Positions 1 through 10,671 of a stretch of 64,000 bases of DNA are shown here, piece by piece. The DNA comes from Lentisphaeria bacterium (lineage in GTDB: Bacteria; Verrucomicrobiota; Lentisphaeria; Oligosphaerales; CAITYL01): NCBI GenBank assembly GCA_041648735.1, contig JBAZOO010000003.1, positions 53,670 to 117,669 of the forward strand, read 5' to 3'. The translations under genes and the position numbers were made by a program. The notes under the pieces were generated by a model. The model saw only the letters and a program-made list of their open reading frames with translations, made no database searches and was not told where the DNA came from. The first letter of the stretch is position 1. Each line of letters begins with the position of its first letter.

Positions 1-12
1 GGAGACGCGCAG

Positions 13-720
13 ATGACGGAAAATCCTCGCATGACCAAGAAGTTTCTGGGTGGCCTCGCGGCGGCGGTCGCGGTGGGAATGGTTGGCGCGCCGCGGGCGG
101 GTGCGGCGATCATTGCGGAGTACGGCTTCGGCACCGACCATGTCGCCACGGTCGAAGACTTGAACGTGACGTCCCAGGATGCGAACGTCACGGCCACCGC
201 GCTTTCCGGCACCAACGTGGGCACATTCGGCACCGGCTGGGGCGTGAGCACCACTGTTGGCAATCCCAGGGACAGCCTCTTTCAACGCAACGTTCCAAAT
301 AAGACGTTCGACAGCACGAAATATTTCAGTTTCACGGTGACGCCCACGGCGGGCTACCAGATGAACCTCACGGATTTGAACTTCGACTGCTCCTTGACAA
401 GCGACTATGCTGACAAGTGGGGGACGTGGCAGGTGCGCACCAGCGTGGACGGCTTCGTGGCCGATGTGGGCAGCGCGATAACGCTCACCGCTCCCTCCAC
501 GGCATGGACCACGAAGACCATTGACCTCTCCGGCCCGGCCTTCCAGGGCCTGGGTTCATTGGAAGTTCGCCTTTATACCAGTGCCAGTGAGACTTCAAGC
601 AACCTGGTCTTGCGGACGGACAACATAACCCTCGGAGGCGGCGTCGTCCCCGAACCGGCGGCGCTGGCGCTGCTCGGCCTCGGCGCGGCCGCCCTGCTCC
701 GCCGCCGGAAGGGCGGCTGA
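13..720 (+). CDS. PEP-CTERM sorting-domain secreted protein
   Basis: N-terminal signal-like segment LGGLAAAVAVGMVGAPRAGAA. The C-terminus VPEPAALALLGLGAAALLRRRK is a PEP motif plus hydrophobic helix plus basic tail. Confidence 0.8.
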   Translation: MTENPRMTKKFLGGLAAAVAVGMVGAPRAGAAIIAEYGFGTDHVATVEDLNVTSQDANVTATALSGTNVGTFGTGWGVSTTVGNPRDSLFQRNVPNKTFDSTKYFSFTVTPTAGYQMNLTDLNFDCSLTSDYADKWGTWQVRTSVDGFVADVGSAITLTAPSTAWTTKTIDLSGPAFQGLGSLEVRLYTSASETSSNLVLRTDNITLGGGVVPEPAALALLGLGAAALLRRRKGG

Positions 721-911
721 CTGAGGGCGGGCGGAGTTGGTCGCCGGCGCGTCCCCGCGCCGGCGCGCCTCCAGGCCAGGTGAAGTGCCCCGGTGGGCCG
801 GGATCGGAGCCGCGCAGCCGCTGCCGGCCCTCGCCACGGCGCGTGAAATGGCAGTGCGGCCGCAATGCGCCAACAACATTGAACTGACGGAATTAAGGAA
901 AGAAAACGAAC

Positions 912-2780
912 ATGGTTTGCAGACAGGCAGTGTGGGCGGTCGTGGGCACTTTGCTGGCATTTGCCGGCGTGGCGTCCGGGAATCTGGTGCGGAACGGTGA
1001 CTTTACGCAGGTCAGCGGCGACAGGCCGGTTGCCTGGACGATTGTCGAGTCGGGGCAGAAAGTCACCGCGCAGAAGCCCGACGACCGCGCCGGGGCGCTG
1101 CGGGTGGAAATTGTGCGGGAAGCCGGCAAATCGGCCGGCGAAATCCGCCAGACGGTCAAAGTCCGGAAGAACCAGAAGTACCGGCTCAGCGCCGAGATCA
1201 AGAGCAGCAAAGCGAACGTGGCGCTGATGCAGGTCAAGCCGCGGGCCGGCCGCCAGGAGCTTGGGCGGCTCAACACCGCCTCTTCGGGCACCGAATGGAC
1301 GAAGGTGAGCAAGGAGTTCGACAGCGGCGCCGCCGAGGAAGTGCAGGTGCTCTGCCGCTTCTTCCAGAAGGCCGAGCACGTGGGCGCCATCTGCTGGTTC
1401 ACCAACGTGGAGCTGGTGGCGCTGGATGCCGAAGGCCAGCCGCTGGCCTCGGCGCCGGCCGCCGCGCCCGCGGCCGGCAGCGGCCCGGCCAGCGCTGCCC
1501 CCAAGCCGGCGCCGGTCAACCTGAATGGGAGCGACCAGTATGTGCTGCCCAAGCCCAGCGGCGACGGCAGTGGCAAGGACTTCGCCAATGCCCGCGGCGT
1601 TGATTCCCTGCAGGCGGCGTTGGACGCGGCCGGCGCCGGCAACACCGTGCGCCTGGGCAGCGGGGAGTATGGCCGCGTGACCCTGACCTTCACCACGGGG
1701 GGGACCAGCGACAAGCCCAAGACACTCCTGGGCGTGGACACCGGCGCGGGGCTGCCGGTCTTCACGAGCAACTTCGACGGCAAAAACCCCGCCCAGACCG
1801 GGGGGACGTTCCTGACGGTGCCGGGCGGCGTTTCCCACCTTGAAATCAAGGACATCATCCTGAAGGGGTTCAACGCGGCGGTGCGCTTGCGCGGCGGCAA
1901 CGTCGGCGTCCGCCTCAGCAACGTGGACCTGAGCAACGGCCGGGATGCCTTCTGGTTCGAGGGCGAGGGGATCCGCGACCTGGTGGTGAAGGATTGCGAC
2001 GTCAAGAAGTACACCAAGCGCGCTTTCCGCATCGTCCGCGGCGTCTCCGAGGCGCGGTTTGAAAACTGCCACGCCGACGCGGGCGGGAAGGAGAACGCGC
2101 TCGAAATATTTCCGGTCGGGTTCCAGGTGATCGAGGGGGAGAAGATCACGTTCAGCGACTGCAGCGCGGCGAACAACTGGCACGACGCCGGTCCGAACAA
2201 GTATTGGAATGCCGACGGCTTCTGCTCGGAGCGCAAGGCCACGGATCTGACCTTCATCCGCTGCCTGGCGTATGGCAACACCGATGGCGGCTGGGACCTC
2301 AAGTCCAACCGGTCGAAGCTGGTCAACTGCATCGGCATCGCCAACAAGCGGAATTTCCGTTTCTGGGCGAGTCCCGAGCCGGCGGTCATGGAAAACTGCC
2401 TCTCGGCGTTCGCCATTGACTATGGCAAGCGTGGGCATGACCTGGGCGTGTGGCAGCAAAGCGGCGGCGGCTTGGTGATGAAGAACTGCACGCTGTGGGG
2501 CGATCCGGTCTCGCTGGTGATCGATCAAGGCATCCCGGGGAAGCCCACGCCGGTGACGCTGGAGAAGTGCCTCATCGTGCCGGCGGCCGGCAAGAGCGCC
2601 CAGCAATTCAGCCCCGGCGTCGAGGTCGAGAACCGCGGCAGCATCGTGGCGGAGAATGGCCAGCCGGCCGTGCAATTGAAGAATCCCTCCCCCACTTGGC
2701 GCGGCGGGGACGACTCTTTTGATTCGACCTCACATCCGGACGCGGGGTACCGTTTCGCCAGCGGCGCCGCGGGCCGCTGA
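912..2780 (+). CDS. secreted protein with N-terminal sugar-binding-like module and right-handed parallel beta-helix region
   Basis: Signal peptide (VVGTLLAFAGVASG) and an NLVRNGDF..W start typical of CBM4/9-like modules, followed by an Ala/Pro linker. Then repeated short beta-turn segments (e.g. AYGNTDGGWDLKSN, CIGIANKRNFRFW). The fold call is by eye only. Confidence 0.55.
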   Translation: MVCRQAVWAVVGTLLAFAGVASGNLVRNGDFTQVSGDRPVAWTIVESGQKVTAQKPDDRAGALRVEIVREAGKSAGEIRQTVKVRKNQKYRLSAEIKSSKANVALMQVKPRAGRQELGRLNTASSGTEWTKVSKEFDSGAAEEVQVLCRFFQKAEHVGAICWFTNVELVALDAEGQPLASAPAAAPAAGSGPASAAPKPAPVNLNGSDQYVLPKPSGDGSGKDFANARGVDSLQAALDAAGAGNTVRLGSGEYGRVTLTFTTGGTSDKPKTLLGVDTGAGLPVFTSNFDGKNPAQTGGTFLTVPGGVSHLEIKDIILKGFNAAVRLRGGNVGVRLSNVDLSNGRDAFWFEGEGIRDLVVKDCDVKKYTKRAFRIVRGVSEARFENCHADAGGKENALEIFPVGFQVIEGEKITFSDCSAANNWHDAGPNKYWNADGFCSERKATDLTFIRCLAYGNTDGGWDLKSNRSKLVNCIGIANKRNFRFWASPEPAVMENCLSAFAIDYGKRGHDLGVWQQSGGGLVMKNCTLWGDPVSLVIDQGIPGKPTPVTLEKCLIVPAAGKSAQQFSPGVEVENRGSIVAENGQPAVQLKNPSPTWRGGDDSFDSTSHPDAGYRFASGAAGR

Positions 2781-2795
2781 GGCCGGCTGATTGCC

Positions 2796-2969
2796 ATGGG
2801 CCGCCGGCTTCGATCGGCATTGTGCGGTCTGGGGCTGGCCGCCGTGTGCGCCAGCGCGGCGCCCGCCGAGTCCGCCCCCGCCATCCGGCGCATCGTCCTG
2901 GTTGGCGACTCGGCCGTGGCCGACAAGGACGGATGGGGGCGCCCGGAGCTGGCGCCCGATTTCAGATAA
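2796..2969 (+). pseudogene. truncated SGNH/GDSL esterase N-terminal fragment (57 codons)
   Basis: My own translation: MGRRLRSALCGLGLAAVCASAAPAESAPAIRRIVLVGDSAVADKDGWGRPELAPDFR*. This is a signal peptide plus SGNH block I (GDS) plus GWG, then a stop. Compare the intact paralogue-like gene at 5989..6720 ([16 protein letters not shown]). Confidence 0.35.
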
Positions 2970-2999
2970 GGAAGTCTTGCAGAAGTCAAAGGAACCGCC

Positions 3000-4445
3000 A
3001 TGACGAAGCGTCCGCAGATCGTTTTTCTTCCCCACGGGAACATCCAGTATTCGCAACTCGCGCCCGAACGCCGCGGCTGGGTGATCGAGAACTCCTACGA
3101 AAAGCTCTTTGACCTGGTCGCCAAAGGCGGCTACCGCATCGGTTTCGAGGCGTCGGGAGAGACCATCGCCGCCATCGCCCGCCTTTCGCCACGCGTGCTG
3201 GGCAAGCTGCGCTCACTGGTGAAGGGCGGCCAGATCGAGGCCGTCGGCTCCCCCTACACCCACATCATGCTCTCCAACATCGCCCCGGAGATCGGCTTGG
3301 AGACGCTCAAGCACGGCCTCGACGCCTGGGAGCGGCACGTGGGCGTGCGCCCCACCACCGGCTGGAACCCCGAGTGCGGCTGGGCGAGCTACGTGCCCGA
3401 GATCTTCAAGGCGGCCGGTTTCAAGAGCCTGGTCATGGACGCCGACTCCTTCCTGCTCTCGGTGCCGGAAGTCCGCGAGGCGACGGGCCTCAAGTTCGAC
3501 GTGCGGGGGCACAGCAACAAGAGCCAGCTTTTCCGCATCGAACAGTACATCGCCGACAAGCCGCGGTTCATCCGCCACCTCACCAACCCCTCGCAGTTCC
3601 AGGGGCTGTCGCTGATCTTCCGCTCCGACATGATGAGCAACTTCATGCTCTGGTACCTGATGGGCGCCACCGAAGAGATGCGCGACACGCCGGTATCAGT
3701 AGCCGAAATCCGCGACATGCTGCGGCGCTGGAAAGAGCGGGTCGCCGCTTGCGGCAGCTTCATCATGCCCTACGCCGAGGATGCCGAGTACATCGGGACA
3801 TCGGCGTATTTCTACGTGAAGCAGTTCGGCCAGGCCCGCTTCTTCGAACCCGAACCCGGCAGCGTGACGCGCTTCCAGCAGCTCCTCGACACCGCCATCG
3901 CCGAGGGCTACGAACTCGCCACCCCCAGCGAGGCGATCGCCCGCGGAACGGCGCTGGGCGAGAACCCCGACATCCTCAACATCGAGAACGGCGTCGCCTG
4001 GCACGGCGGCACCGCCAAGGCCTGGACCAATACCACCTACTCGCGCATCCTCGACCCCACCTGCCGCAGCGTCTTCGATGGCCTGAAGGCGGTGGCGGCG
4101 CAGCTCGGCCGCGACATTCAGACGCTCGACGGCGACCTGCGCAGCGCCTTGCAGCGCCTCACCTCCGCGTACGTCTCCGATTCGCGCTGGCCGCCGGCGC
4201 CCACCAGCCCGGGGCGCTTCAACGTGCAGGAATCCATCGCCGACCTCCTGGCCGCCAACGATGCCATTGCCGCCGCCATGCAGAAGCACGGCCTCGCCCA
4301 GCGCCGCTCGCTCTACTCGCCCCAGCTCATGGCCACGCAAATCCGCGCCATCGAGGCGGAGCTGATGGCAATGGCATACTTCGGCGAGAAGGCGACAACG
4401 GAAGGGAAGGCCACCCGCGCCGCCACCGCCGCCAGCGTCCCGTAG
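3000..4445 (+). CDS. glycoside hydrolase family 57-like protein
   Basis: VFLPHGNIQY, GQIEAVGSPYTHIMLS and GWNPECGW resemble GH57 conserved blocks (HxQP-like start, GQxE..yyH.il, W..E nucleophile region). Assigned by eye. Confidence 0.5.
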   Translation: MTKRPQIVFLPHGNIQYSQLAPERRGWVIENSYEKLFDLVAKGGYRIGFEASGETIAAIARLSPRVLGKLRSLVKGGQIEAVGSPYTHIMLSNIAPEIGLETLKHGLDAWERHVGVRPTTGWNPECGWASYVPEIFKAAGFKSLVMDADSFLLSVPEVREATGLKFDVRGHSNKSQLFRIEQYIADKPRFIRHLTNPSQFQGLSLIFRSDMMSNFMLWYLMGATEEMRDTPVSVAEIRDMLRRWKERVAACGSFIMPYAEDAEYIGTSAYFYVKQFGQARFFEPEPGSVTRFQQLLDTAIAEGYELATPSEAIARGTALGENPDILNIENGVAWHGGTAKAWTNTTYSRILDPTCRSVFDGLKAVAAQLGRDIQTLDGDLRSALQRLTSAYVSDSRWPPAPTSPGRFNVQESIADLLAANDAIAAAMQKHGLAQRRSLYSPQLMATQIRAIEAELMAMAYFGEKATTEGKATRAATAASVP

Positions 4446-4472
4446 CCTTTGTTGACACCCCTGGAGTCCCTG

Positions 4473-5903
4473 ATGAGTTCCACAAGACGTTTCGCCGTCC
4501 CCCTGCCACTACGCCGGACTGCGCTCGCAGTCGCCCTCCTTTCCCTCGCCGCCGCCGCCTGGGCGGCGACCGTCGCACCGCCGCCGGCCGGGCGCCAGCA
4601 GAGCCCCACGCATTCACCGGTGGGGATGGCAGTGGTCGCCGCCACGCGGCCGGCATCCGCTCAGCTAGACCTCGGCGCCTGGCCAACCGACCGGGTCTTC
4701 CAGGCTGACACCCTCGAACTGCCCGCGCGCCTCCGCGGCGATCCGGACAGGCCATTGACCTGCACGGTGCAGACCATCCTCAGCGAATATCGCCCCAACC
4801 AAACCGCCGCCACCCTCCACTCGCACCAGCGGACCGTCACCCTCCGCCCCGGCGAAATCGCCGACGTTTCCGTGCGCCTTGCCGCGCCTGCCCCCGGCCC
4901 TTATCACTTCCGCCTTGCCGTCTCAACTGGGAACGAACTCCTGGCGCAGCAGGAGGGAACGCTGCTCTATCGCCCGCAATCCTGGGCCCTGCCCAATTTG
5001 GAGCCGCGCGACTTCGACGCCTTCTGGCAGTCCACCCTTGCCGAGATGCGCACGCGGCCGCTGGAGGTGAAGTGGCACGAGGCCGGCGAAAAGCCCGCCC
5101 CCGAGCCCTTCCGCGAAATTTCGTTCACCGGCCTCGGCAACCGCCGCATCCGCGGCTACCTCGGCATCCCACCGCAACTGAAGCCGGGCCAGAAAGCCCC
5201 CGCCATCCTCTCGCTCCCCAGCGCCAGCTACCACTCGGCCGCCGTTGATCTGAAGGCGGTCGAGCAGGGGTACGTCTTCCTCGCCTTGAGCATCCACGAC
5301 ATGCCCTTTGGCGGCGACTCCTACCGCACCCACCCCAAGCCGCACTGGTTCGCCGAGGAATACCAGGGCATCGGCCGGCAGAGCAAGGAAACCTTCTACT
5401 ATCGCGCCGCCTACGTCGCCGGCCCGCGCGCCATTGATTTCCTCCGCTCCCTGCCCCAGGTTGACCCGCGGAAGATCGTTGTCAGCGGCATGAGCCAGGG
5501 CGGCTCTCTCGCCCTCGCCACCGCCGCCCTGCAACCAGACATCGCCCTCGCCGAAGCCGATGTCCCCGGCCGCAGCCGCATGGACCTGCTCACCACGACC
5601 TATAAGGCCAACATGTCACTCCCGCCGCCGGCCGGCATGACCGCCTGGGAGATGTTCGAGAAAACCCTCGCCTACTTCGATGTCAGCTACTTCGCCCGGC
5701 GCATCCGTTGCCCCATCGTCATGCGCATGAGCCTCGATGACCCGGTTAACCCCGGCCCCCTGCAATACTGGGCCTTCCTGCAGCTCAAGCAGAGCCCCGA
5801 TGCCCGCAACGTCCTGATGCCCGGACTCAAACACCAGACGCCCCCGGACCGCGAAGGGCACGGCGCCGCCATGCGGCAGAAATACGCACCACCCGCACGC
5901 TAG
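4473..5903 (+). CDS. acetyl xylan esterase / cephalosporin-C deacetylase family (CE7, AXE1) with signal peptide
   Basis: Signal peptide (LAVALLSLAAAAWA), alpha/beta-hydrolase nucleophile elbow VSGMSQGGSLA, C-terminal D...H region (SLDDPVNP...GLKH). ATG at 4473; the ORF track opens at TTG 4449. Confidence 0.7.
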   Translation: MSSTRRFAVPLPLRRTALAVALLSLAAAAWAATVAPPPAGRQQSPTHSPVGMAVVAATRPASAQLDLGAWPTDRVFQADTLELPARLRGDPDRPLTCTVQTILSEYRPNQTAATLHSHQRTVTLRPGEIADVSVRLAAPAPGPYHFRLAVSTGNELLAQQEGTLLYRPQSWALPNLEPRDFDAFWQSTLAEMRTRPLEVKWHEAGEKPAPEPFREISFTGLGNRRIRGYLGIPPQLKPGQKAPAILSLPSASYHSAAVDLKAVEQGYVFLALSIHDMPFGGDSYRTHPKPHWFAEEYQGIGRQSKETFYYRAAYVAGPRAIDFLRSLPQVDPRKIVVSGMSQGGSLALATAALQPDIALAEADVPGRSRMDLLTTTYKANMSLPPPAGMTAWEMFEKTLAYFDVSYFARRIRCPIVMRMSLDDPVNPGPLQYWAFLQLKQSPDARNVLMPGLKHQTPPDREGHGAAMRQKYAPPAR

Positions 5904-5988
5904 CCCGGGCCGCATGGCTGCGGCACAAGCGCCGACTCGTCCCGTCGAGACCTTGCATCCAGTAAATCAAAAATCCCTGGCAGTGAAA

Positions 5989-6720
5989 ATGAGAGCTGAA
6001 ATCCCATTGCTGTGTTTTTTGCTGGCAATCATGCCATGTGTGGCTCATCTCCATGCGGCGGAGAGTGCCGTGAAAAAGCTAATCTTTGTCGGAGATTCCA
6101 CTGTCCAGGATTATCCCGACGATGGCCCCAAGAGAGGGTGGGGGCAGGTGCTCCCTCTCTTCTTCGGCACCGGGGTCGAATGCCAGAACGCCGCCGCGGG
6201 CGGCAGAAGCACGAAGACATTCATCGGAGAAGGGCGCTGGCAGAAGGTGCTCGAAGAGAAACCCGATGTGATTTTCATACAGTTCGGGCACAATGATTCG
6301 CACGCCAAGGACAGGCCCGAATCCACCGATGCGTCCACGGACTACAGGGCTTTCCTCGGACAATATGTTTCAGAAGGCAAGGCAATAGGGGCAAAGATCA
6401 TACTGGTCACCCCAATGCATCGGCGATACTTCAACAGTCAAGGCAAGCTGAAGGACAACCTCAGGCCTTATGCGGAAACGATGAAGGCCGTCGCAAAGGA
6501 AACCGGCACTCCATGCATAGACCTCCACCAGCTCAGCCGCGAACTCCTTGAAAAACTTGGCGAGGACGGTTCGGAAGCCTTGTTCTGCTGCCCGACCGAC
6601 CGCACTCATTTCTCGAAGAAGGGCGCGACGGCGATGGCCAGATTCATAGCCGAGGCGGCCGCCAAAGAGATCCCCGATCTCAAGCCGTACCTGAAGGATT
6701 CAAGGGAATGGCCGGAATGA
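5989..6720 (+). CDS. SGNH/GDSL hydrolase, rhamnogalacturonan acetylesterase-like (CE12-like)
   Basis: Signal peptide [27 protein letters not shown] blocks are present: [12 protein letters not shown] (I), AAGGRST (II), QFGHNDS (III), DRTHFS (V). Visibly lower GC than the flanks. Confidence 0.75.
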   Translation: MRAEIPLLCFLLAIMPCVAHLHAAESAVKKLIFVGDSTVQDYPDDGPKRGWGQVLPLFFGTGVECQNAAAGGRSTKTFIGEGRWQKVLEEKPDVIFIQFGHNDSHAKDRPESTDASTDYRAFLGQYVSEGKAIGAKIILVTPMHRRYFNSQGKLKDNLRPYAETMKAVAKETGTPCIDLHQLSRELLEKLGEDGSEALFCCPTDRTHFSKKGATAMARFIAEAAAKEIPDLKPYLKDSREWPE

Positions 6721-6763
6721 AAAAAACTGCGGGACCCAAAAATGCGACACCGGGGAGCACGCT

Positions 6764-7585
6764 ATGAAGAAGAGATCATGGAAAACCGACGCTGGAGATT
6801 GGATATTTGATTCAGGCGGCGGAAATCGAGGGTCGGGCGTCGAGCGTCATTCAACCGTGATCGAGCGGTTGGTGGCTGCGCCCGCCATCGTCCCGAGACC
6901 AACCAACGGGGGCGTGCCCGGGACGACGGCGAGAGTCGCACGATTTACTCTAATCGAGCTACTCGTGGTCATCGCCATCATCGCGATTCTGGCGGCGCTC
7001 CTCTTGCCCGGCCTCCAACGGGCCAAAAGCTATGCCAAACTGGCCAACTGCTCAAACAATCTCAGACAGGTAGCCGTTGCTCTCTACAACTATGCCGACG
7101 ACAATGAGGATTGGATTCCGCATCCGATGGGATACGATCCGAGCTGGGGGGTCGGCGGTCAGTGGTATGCGACCGCTGAAAAACGCTGGACCGGCATCAT
7201 CAATGATTACTTCAGCACCACGACCGGGAGCAACTGGAGGCTTCCAGCCGAGATGCGCTGCCCAAGTGGCAAAACCAATGAGACTTACTGGTACGGATTG
7301 AACATCTACAGTTCAAACCGCAAGCTGACGCGGATCGGCAGGCCCGACTACACCGTCTGGGTTGGCGATGTCGGAACGCACTGGGGAGTGAGCAATAGTT
7401 TCTGGCTTTTTTCGAACAACTGGAACATCGTATATATCTACAGACATTTCGACGAGAACGGCTTCAACGGAAGCTTCAACACCGTATGCGTGGATGGGCA
7501 TATCGAGACTTTCGACTACCGCACGGACGATGGCAAAGAGATATCCAGACCGCACAGCACTTGCAAGTGGTTCATGGCAAAATGA
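6764..7585 (+). CDS. prepilin-type N-terminal cleavage/methylation domain protein (DUF1559 / H-X9-DG type)
   Basis: [28 protein letters not shown] is a type IV pilin-like leader/methylation motif. The C-terminal [10 protein letters not shown] resembles the H-X9-DG motif. The true start may be GTG at 6914, which would give a short leader. Confidence 0.75.
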   Translation: MKKRSWKTDAGDWIFDSGGGNRGSGVERHSTVIERLVAAPAIVPRPTNGGVPGTTARVARFTLIELLVVIAIIAILAALLLPGLQRAKSYAKLANCSNNLRQVAVALYNYADDNEDWIPHPMGYDPSWGVGGQWYATAEKRWTGIINDYFSTTTGSNWRLPAEMRCPSGKTNETYWYGLNIYSSNRKLTRIGRPDYTVWVGDVGTHWGVSNSFWLFSNNWNIVYIYRHFDENGFNGSFNTVCVDGHIETFDYRTDDGKEISRPHSTCKWFMAK

Positions 7586-7666
7586 AAATGATCGGATGGC
7601 TCATCTGCGGACAGCAAGGCGGTCAAGAAGGCCGCAAACAGCTATTCCCCCGGCCGCCCCAGCCCC

Positions 7667-7688
7667 TGAAATCAAAATTCCTGTCAGT
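7667..7688 (+). repeat. 22-bp direct repeat, left copy (TGAAATCAAAATTCCTGTCAGT)
   Basis: Matches 12572..12593 at 21/22 positions. The two copies bracket the lower-GC two-gene segment 7784..12510. Confidence 0.7.
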
Positions 7689-7783
7689 TGGAAATGTACA
7701 CCAAAGAAAAAGAGCTGATGATTGTCGGATGACGGCACGATTGGTATAATGCAACCATCATAGTTCACAGAGATGCATAAAAA

Positions 7784-10636
7784 ATGTCCTATTCCATCCA
7801 GTCCACCTCCATGGCCATGGCCAAGATGACGGCCAGTTCTTATGTGAACCCGTACATCCCCCCGTTGGCGGCCAACGGAATCCTATCGGAAGGCAACCGG
7901 TGGCTGCCCGACATGAATGCCCCAGCCCCTCATTGGCTTCAATGTGAATGGCCGCATCCGAGAACAGTGACCGGCTTCACGGTCTATCTGTGGTTTCCGG
8001 TGGAAGAATCGAAAGTAAAGGAGCCTGCGGTGGTCATCTTCGATCTGCAGGTTCGCAGGGATGGTCAATGGCTGACTGTCAAGGGCAGCCATTACAGCGG
8101 GAGAAAGAGGGGTGTGATCCACCGGGGGCTTCTTGTGCCTGTTGAGGCGGAGGCGTTCCGGCTTTATTTCCCCGAGATGCCGGAATGCGTAGCGGAATGG
8201 CAGCTTCATTCCGCGAATGAGGAAGCTGCGCCACCGGCAAAGAAGCAGCTTCCGGCCCTGGAAAGGGTGTATCACAACCCGGATTATAACAATGATATAC
8301 GTGTATTGGTCTCCCAATACGGGTATCATCCGGAACACCGCAAGGAAGTCATTTACCAATCCAATGGCTATGAACTTGCGGACACATTCGCCGTGCGCCG
8401 CGCGCAAGACGGGGCCATCATCTACTCCGGCCAGCTTCGGGAAACACAGGATGATTTCGGAACCGTTCATGTCGGCGATTTCTCTTCCGTCACCGAAGAA
8501 GGTGAATATTATGTGGCGGTTGGCAAGTTCCGTTCCGTCGGAACATTCCGGATCCGTCAGGGGCTGTGGGATGAGTTCCCGAAGATGGTGGCACGTCAAT
8601 ATTTTGGCCTGCGCCGAATCGGCGAGGACAATATCATGGGAAATTTGGGCGCGACGGTTGCTGTCCGGTGGGATGATGCGGTTACCAAGGACGGATCGTA
8701 TGTTTATATCGGCAAAGGCTTCGCCGACGGGGACGATCTGCGGCGGTATGCCAACGGCTCGCTGATCGTAGCCCAGTATTGTTTGCTGGAGCGGGCCAAG
8801 CCAACGTGGAACCGGGGAGACTGGCTCTATGAGCAGGTGCGCTGGGGCTTGGACGGCACGCTCTCCTTTCTCGGCAAGAACGGGCTGCTCAAGTATGCTC
8901 TGCACGGGTTTAACGGCGATTCGGCGTGCGGAACCGACGGGATCTTTGAAAGCGGGGATGAGGGGCTCGTTGTCGATCCGTTTAACGTGCATGATAACGT
9001 TTATGAATATAACGATTTGAACCGGGAGATCATCTACACCTCTCTCTTGCTGGGCCCGGCAGAGGCGTGCCTGGAATACCGCGAGCGGGATCCGGAGTTT
9101 TTCGGACGGGTGTTGGCTTTGGTGGTTCGCGGGTATGAGGAGATCACCCGATTGTTCGATCCGTTCCCGCGGAAATATTCGTTAAGCGCATGGATTTGGC
9201 TGAACACCATCCTGTTCCAACTGACGGGGGAACCATCCTATAAAGCTAAGGCGATTGCGGCAAGCAACCAATTTATTCGGCTGCAGGTTGCGGAGAAGCA
9301 CGGAGATGATTCTTTTGCAGCTTCCGGATGGTATCGTTACATTGCCGATCCGGAGCAGGATCCTTGGCGGCAGGCTGAATTCCGGTATGGGAAGTGGACC
9401 GACCTGGACAGCGCGACCCGAAGTCCCTGGGGCGAGAAGCCGGAGCAGGAAATCATGTTGATCCCGTGGATTTATCAAGGGCTGTTCCGGGCGATCGAAT
9501 GCTTCAAGGACGCTCCCGAGAGACAAAGCTGGATCGATTCCATCACGGCGTATGGCAAAGAATACTTGGAGAGAATCGCTTCGCGCAACGTATACGGTCT
9601 GACGCCGATGAAGGTGGCTTCCAAGGGATTGATCCGGCAGATTGGGAATTTGAGCTTCCAATATCATGCGGAAATCGGCAGGGCGTTCCATCAGTTGGGC
9701 AATGCGGCGCTGCTAATGAAGACGGGCAAACTGACGGGCGACTCCGCCTTGCAGGATGCCGCATGGAAACAACTGCAATATTTCAGCGGCGTGAATCCCT
9801 TCGGCGTCGGGATGATCTTCGGGATTTCCAGCAACATCCCGTCCGGGCAATACCATTCTCATTATTCGGGGCGTGCCTTTCCCGGGGGGACAGTCAACGG
9901 CTTCAACTGCGTCTCAGCGGATAATGATTACCCTAACTTTCAGTATTGGGAGTATTACGGGTATGCAAATCTTGCTTGCTTGTGGATGGCTACGGAGATC
10001 GTCGGCAAAACGCAGCAGGCGCCCATCGAACTATGGCCCAGGCAGACGCAGGAAGCGCCCCATTCGAAGAAGCCTGATAGCCATTACCGGTATTCGTTCC
10101 CGGTCCGCTTCAAGGGAGGCTTCGCCTACCGCTTCGAGGCGACGGTGCGGGATGACGAGTCCCACCAGGTCAGTTGGCTTGTCAACGGGGTCGAAGGTGG
10201 TTCCGCGGCCAGTGGGCTCATCAGCAAGGATGGCGTCTTTCAGGCGCCGTTCGTCCTGGAGGAGCAGACGGTCGTCATATCGGCACAAAGCGTCATATAC
10301 CCGCATTACGTCGAATCCACACCCGCTGCCATCATGCCGGTACCCAAACAAGTGGAAGGCTTGAGGCTCGAACGGACGCCGGAAGGCGTACTGTTGAACT
10401 GGGAACCGCTTGCTTGCAATACGACCGGTTACACAGTATGGCGGCGGTTACCGGCCGGGAAGACGGAGGTGGGCACCATCTTCGAACGGATTGGCGTTGT
10501 GCATGAAGCTGAAGGCTCCTCATTCCTGTATCGGGAGCCGGTTCCGGCGGGAACAGAGTTTCTGGTCAGGGGCTATCATCGGTCCGATGACAAAAACTAC
10601 GGCTACGGTCAGGACTCGAAGCGGGTTAGGTTGTGA
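7784..10636 (+). CDS. large glycoside hydrolase-like protein (GH9-like Ig-like N-domain plus alpha/alpha-barrel region; family call tentative)
   Basis: The segment IRVLVSQYGYHPEHRKEVIYQS...FAVRRAQDGAIIYSGQL...VHVGDFSSVTEEGEYYVAVG resembles the Ig-like N-terminal domain that precedes GH9 catalytic domains. A long alpha-helical-rich region follows, and the C-terminus has Ig/FN3-like segments. Lower GC than the flanks. Confidence 0.55.
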   Translation: MSYSIQSTSMAMAKMTASSYVNPYIPPLAANGILSEGNRWLPDMNAPAPHWLQCEWPHPRTVTGFTVYLWFPVEESKVKEPAVVIFDLQVRRDGQWLTVKGSHYSGRKRGVIHRGLLVPVEAEAFRLYFPEMPECVAEWQLHSANEEAAPPAKKQLPALERVYHNPDYNNDIRVLVSQYGYHPEHRKEVIYQSNGYELADTFAVRRAQDGAIIYSGQLRETQDDFGTVHVGDFSSVTEEGEYYVAVGKFRSVGTFRIRQGLWDEFPKMVARQYFGLRRIGEDNIMGNLGATVAVRWDDAVTKDGSYVYIGKGFADGDDLRRYANGSLIVAQYCLLERAKPTWNRGDWLYEQVRWGLDGTLSFLGKNGLLKYALHGFNGDSACGTDGIFESGDEGLVVDPFNVHDNVYEYNDLNREIIYTSLLLGPAEACLEYRERDPEFFGRVLALVVRGYEEITRLFDPFPRKYSLSAWIWLNTILFQLTGEPSYKAKAIAASNQFIRLQVAEKHGDDSFAASGWYRYIADPEQDPWRQAEFRYGKWTDLDSATRSPWGEKPEQEIMLIPWIYQGLFRAIECFKDAPERQSWIDSITAYGKEYLERIASRNVYGLTPMKVASKGLIRQIGNLSFQYHAEIGRAFHQLGNAALLMKTGKLTGDSALQDAAWKQLQYFSGVNPFGVGMIFGISSNIPSGQYHSHYSGRAFPGGTVNGFNCVSADNDYPNFQYWEYYGYANLACLWMATEIVGKTQQAPIELWPRQTQEAPHSKKPDSHYRYSFPVRFKGGFAYRFEATVRDDESHQVSWLVNGVEGGSAASGLISKDGVFQAPFVLEEQTVVISAQSVIYPHYVESTPAAIMPVPKQVEGLRLERTPEGVLLNWEPLACNTTGYTVWRRLPAGKTEVGTIFERIGVVHEAEGSSFLYREPVPAGTEFLVRGYHRSDDKNYGYGQDSKRVRL

Positions 10637-10671
10637 GCATCATTCAATCCAGGAAGGAAGAGGGCGTAAAC

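Noticed and set aside
573-2675. 700-aa ORF (and the 507-aa ORF 893..2416) antisense to the beta-helix gene
   Set aside because: The translations are Arg/Ala/Pro/Gly-rich and low-complexity with no recognisable motifs, and they fully overlap a sense ORF that has a signal peptide and domain-like features. This is the typical stop-codon-poor antisense frame of high-GC DNA. The same reasoning applies to 19723..21807, 15787..16821, 22012..22947, 22971..24164, 48395..49729, 49413..51599, 52404..53828 and 61020..62690.
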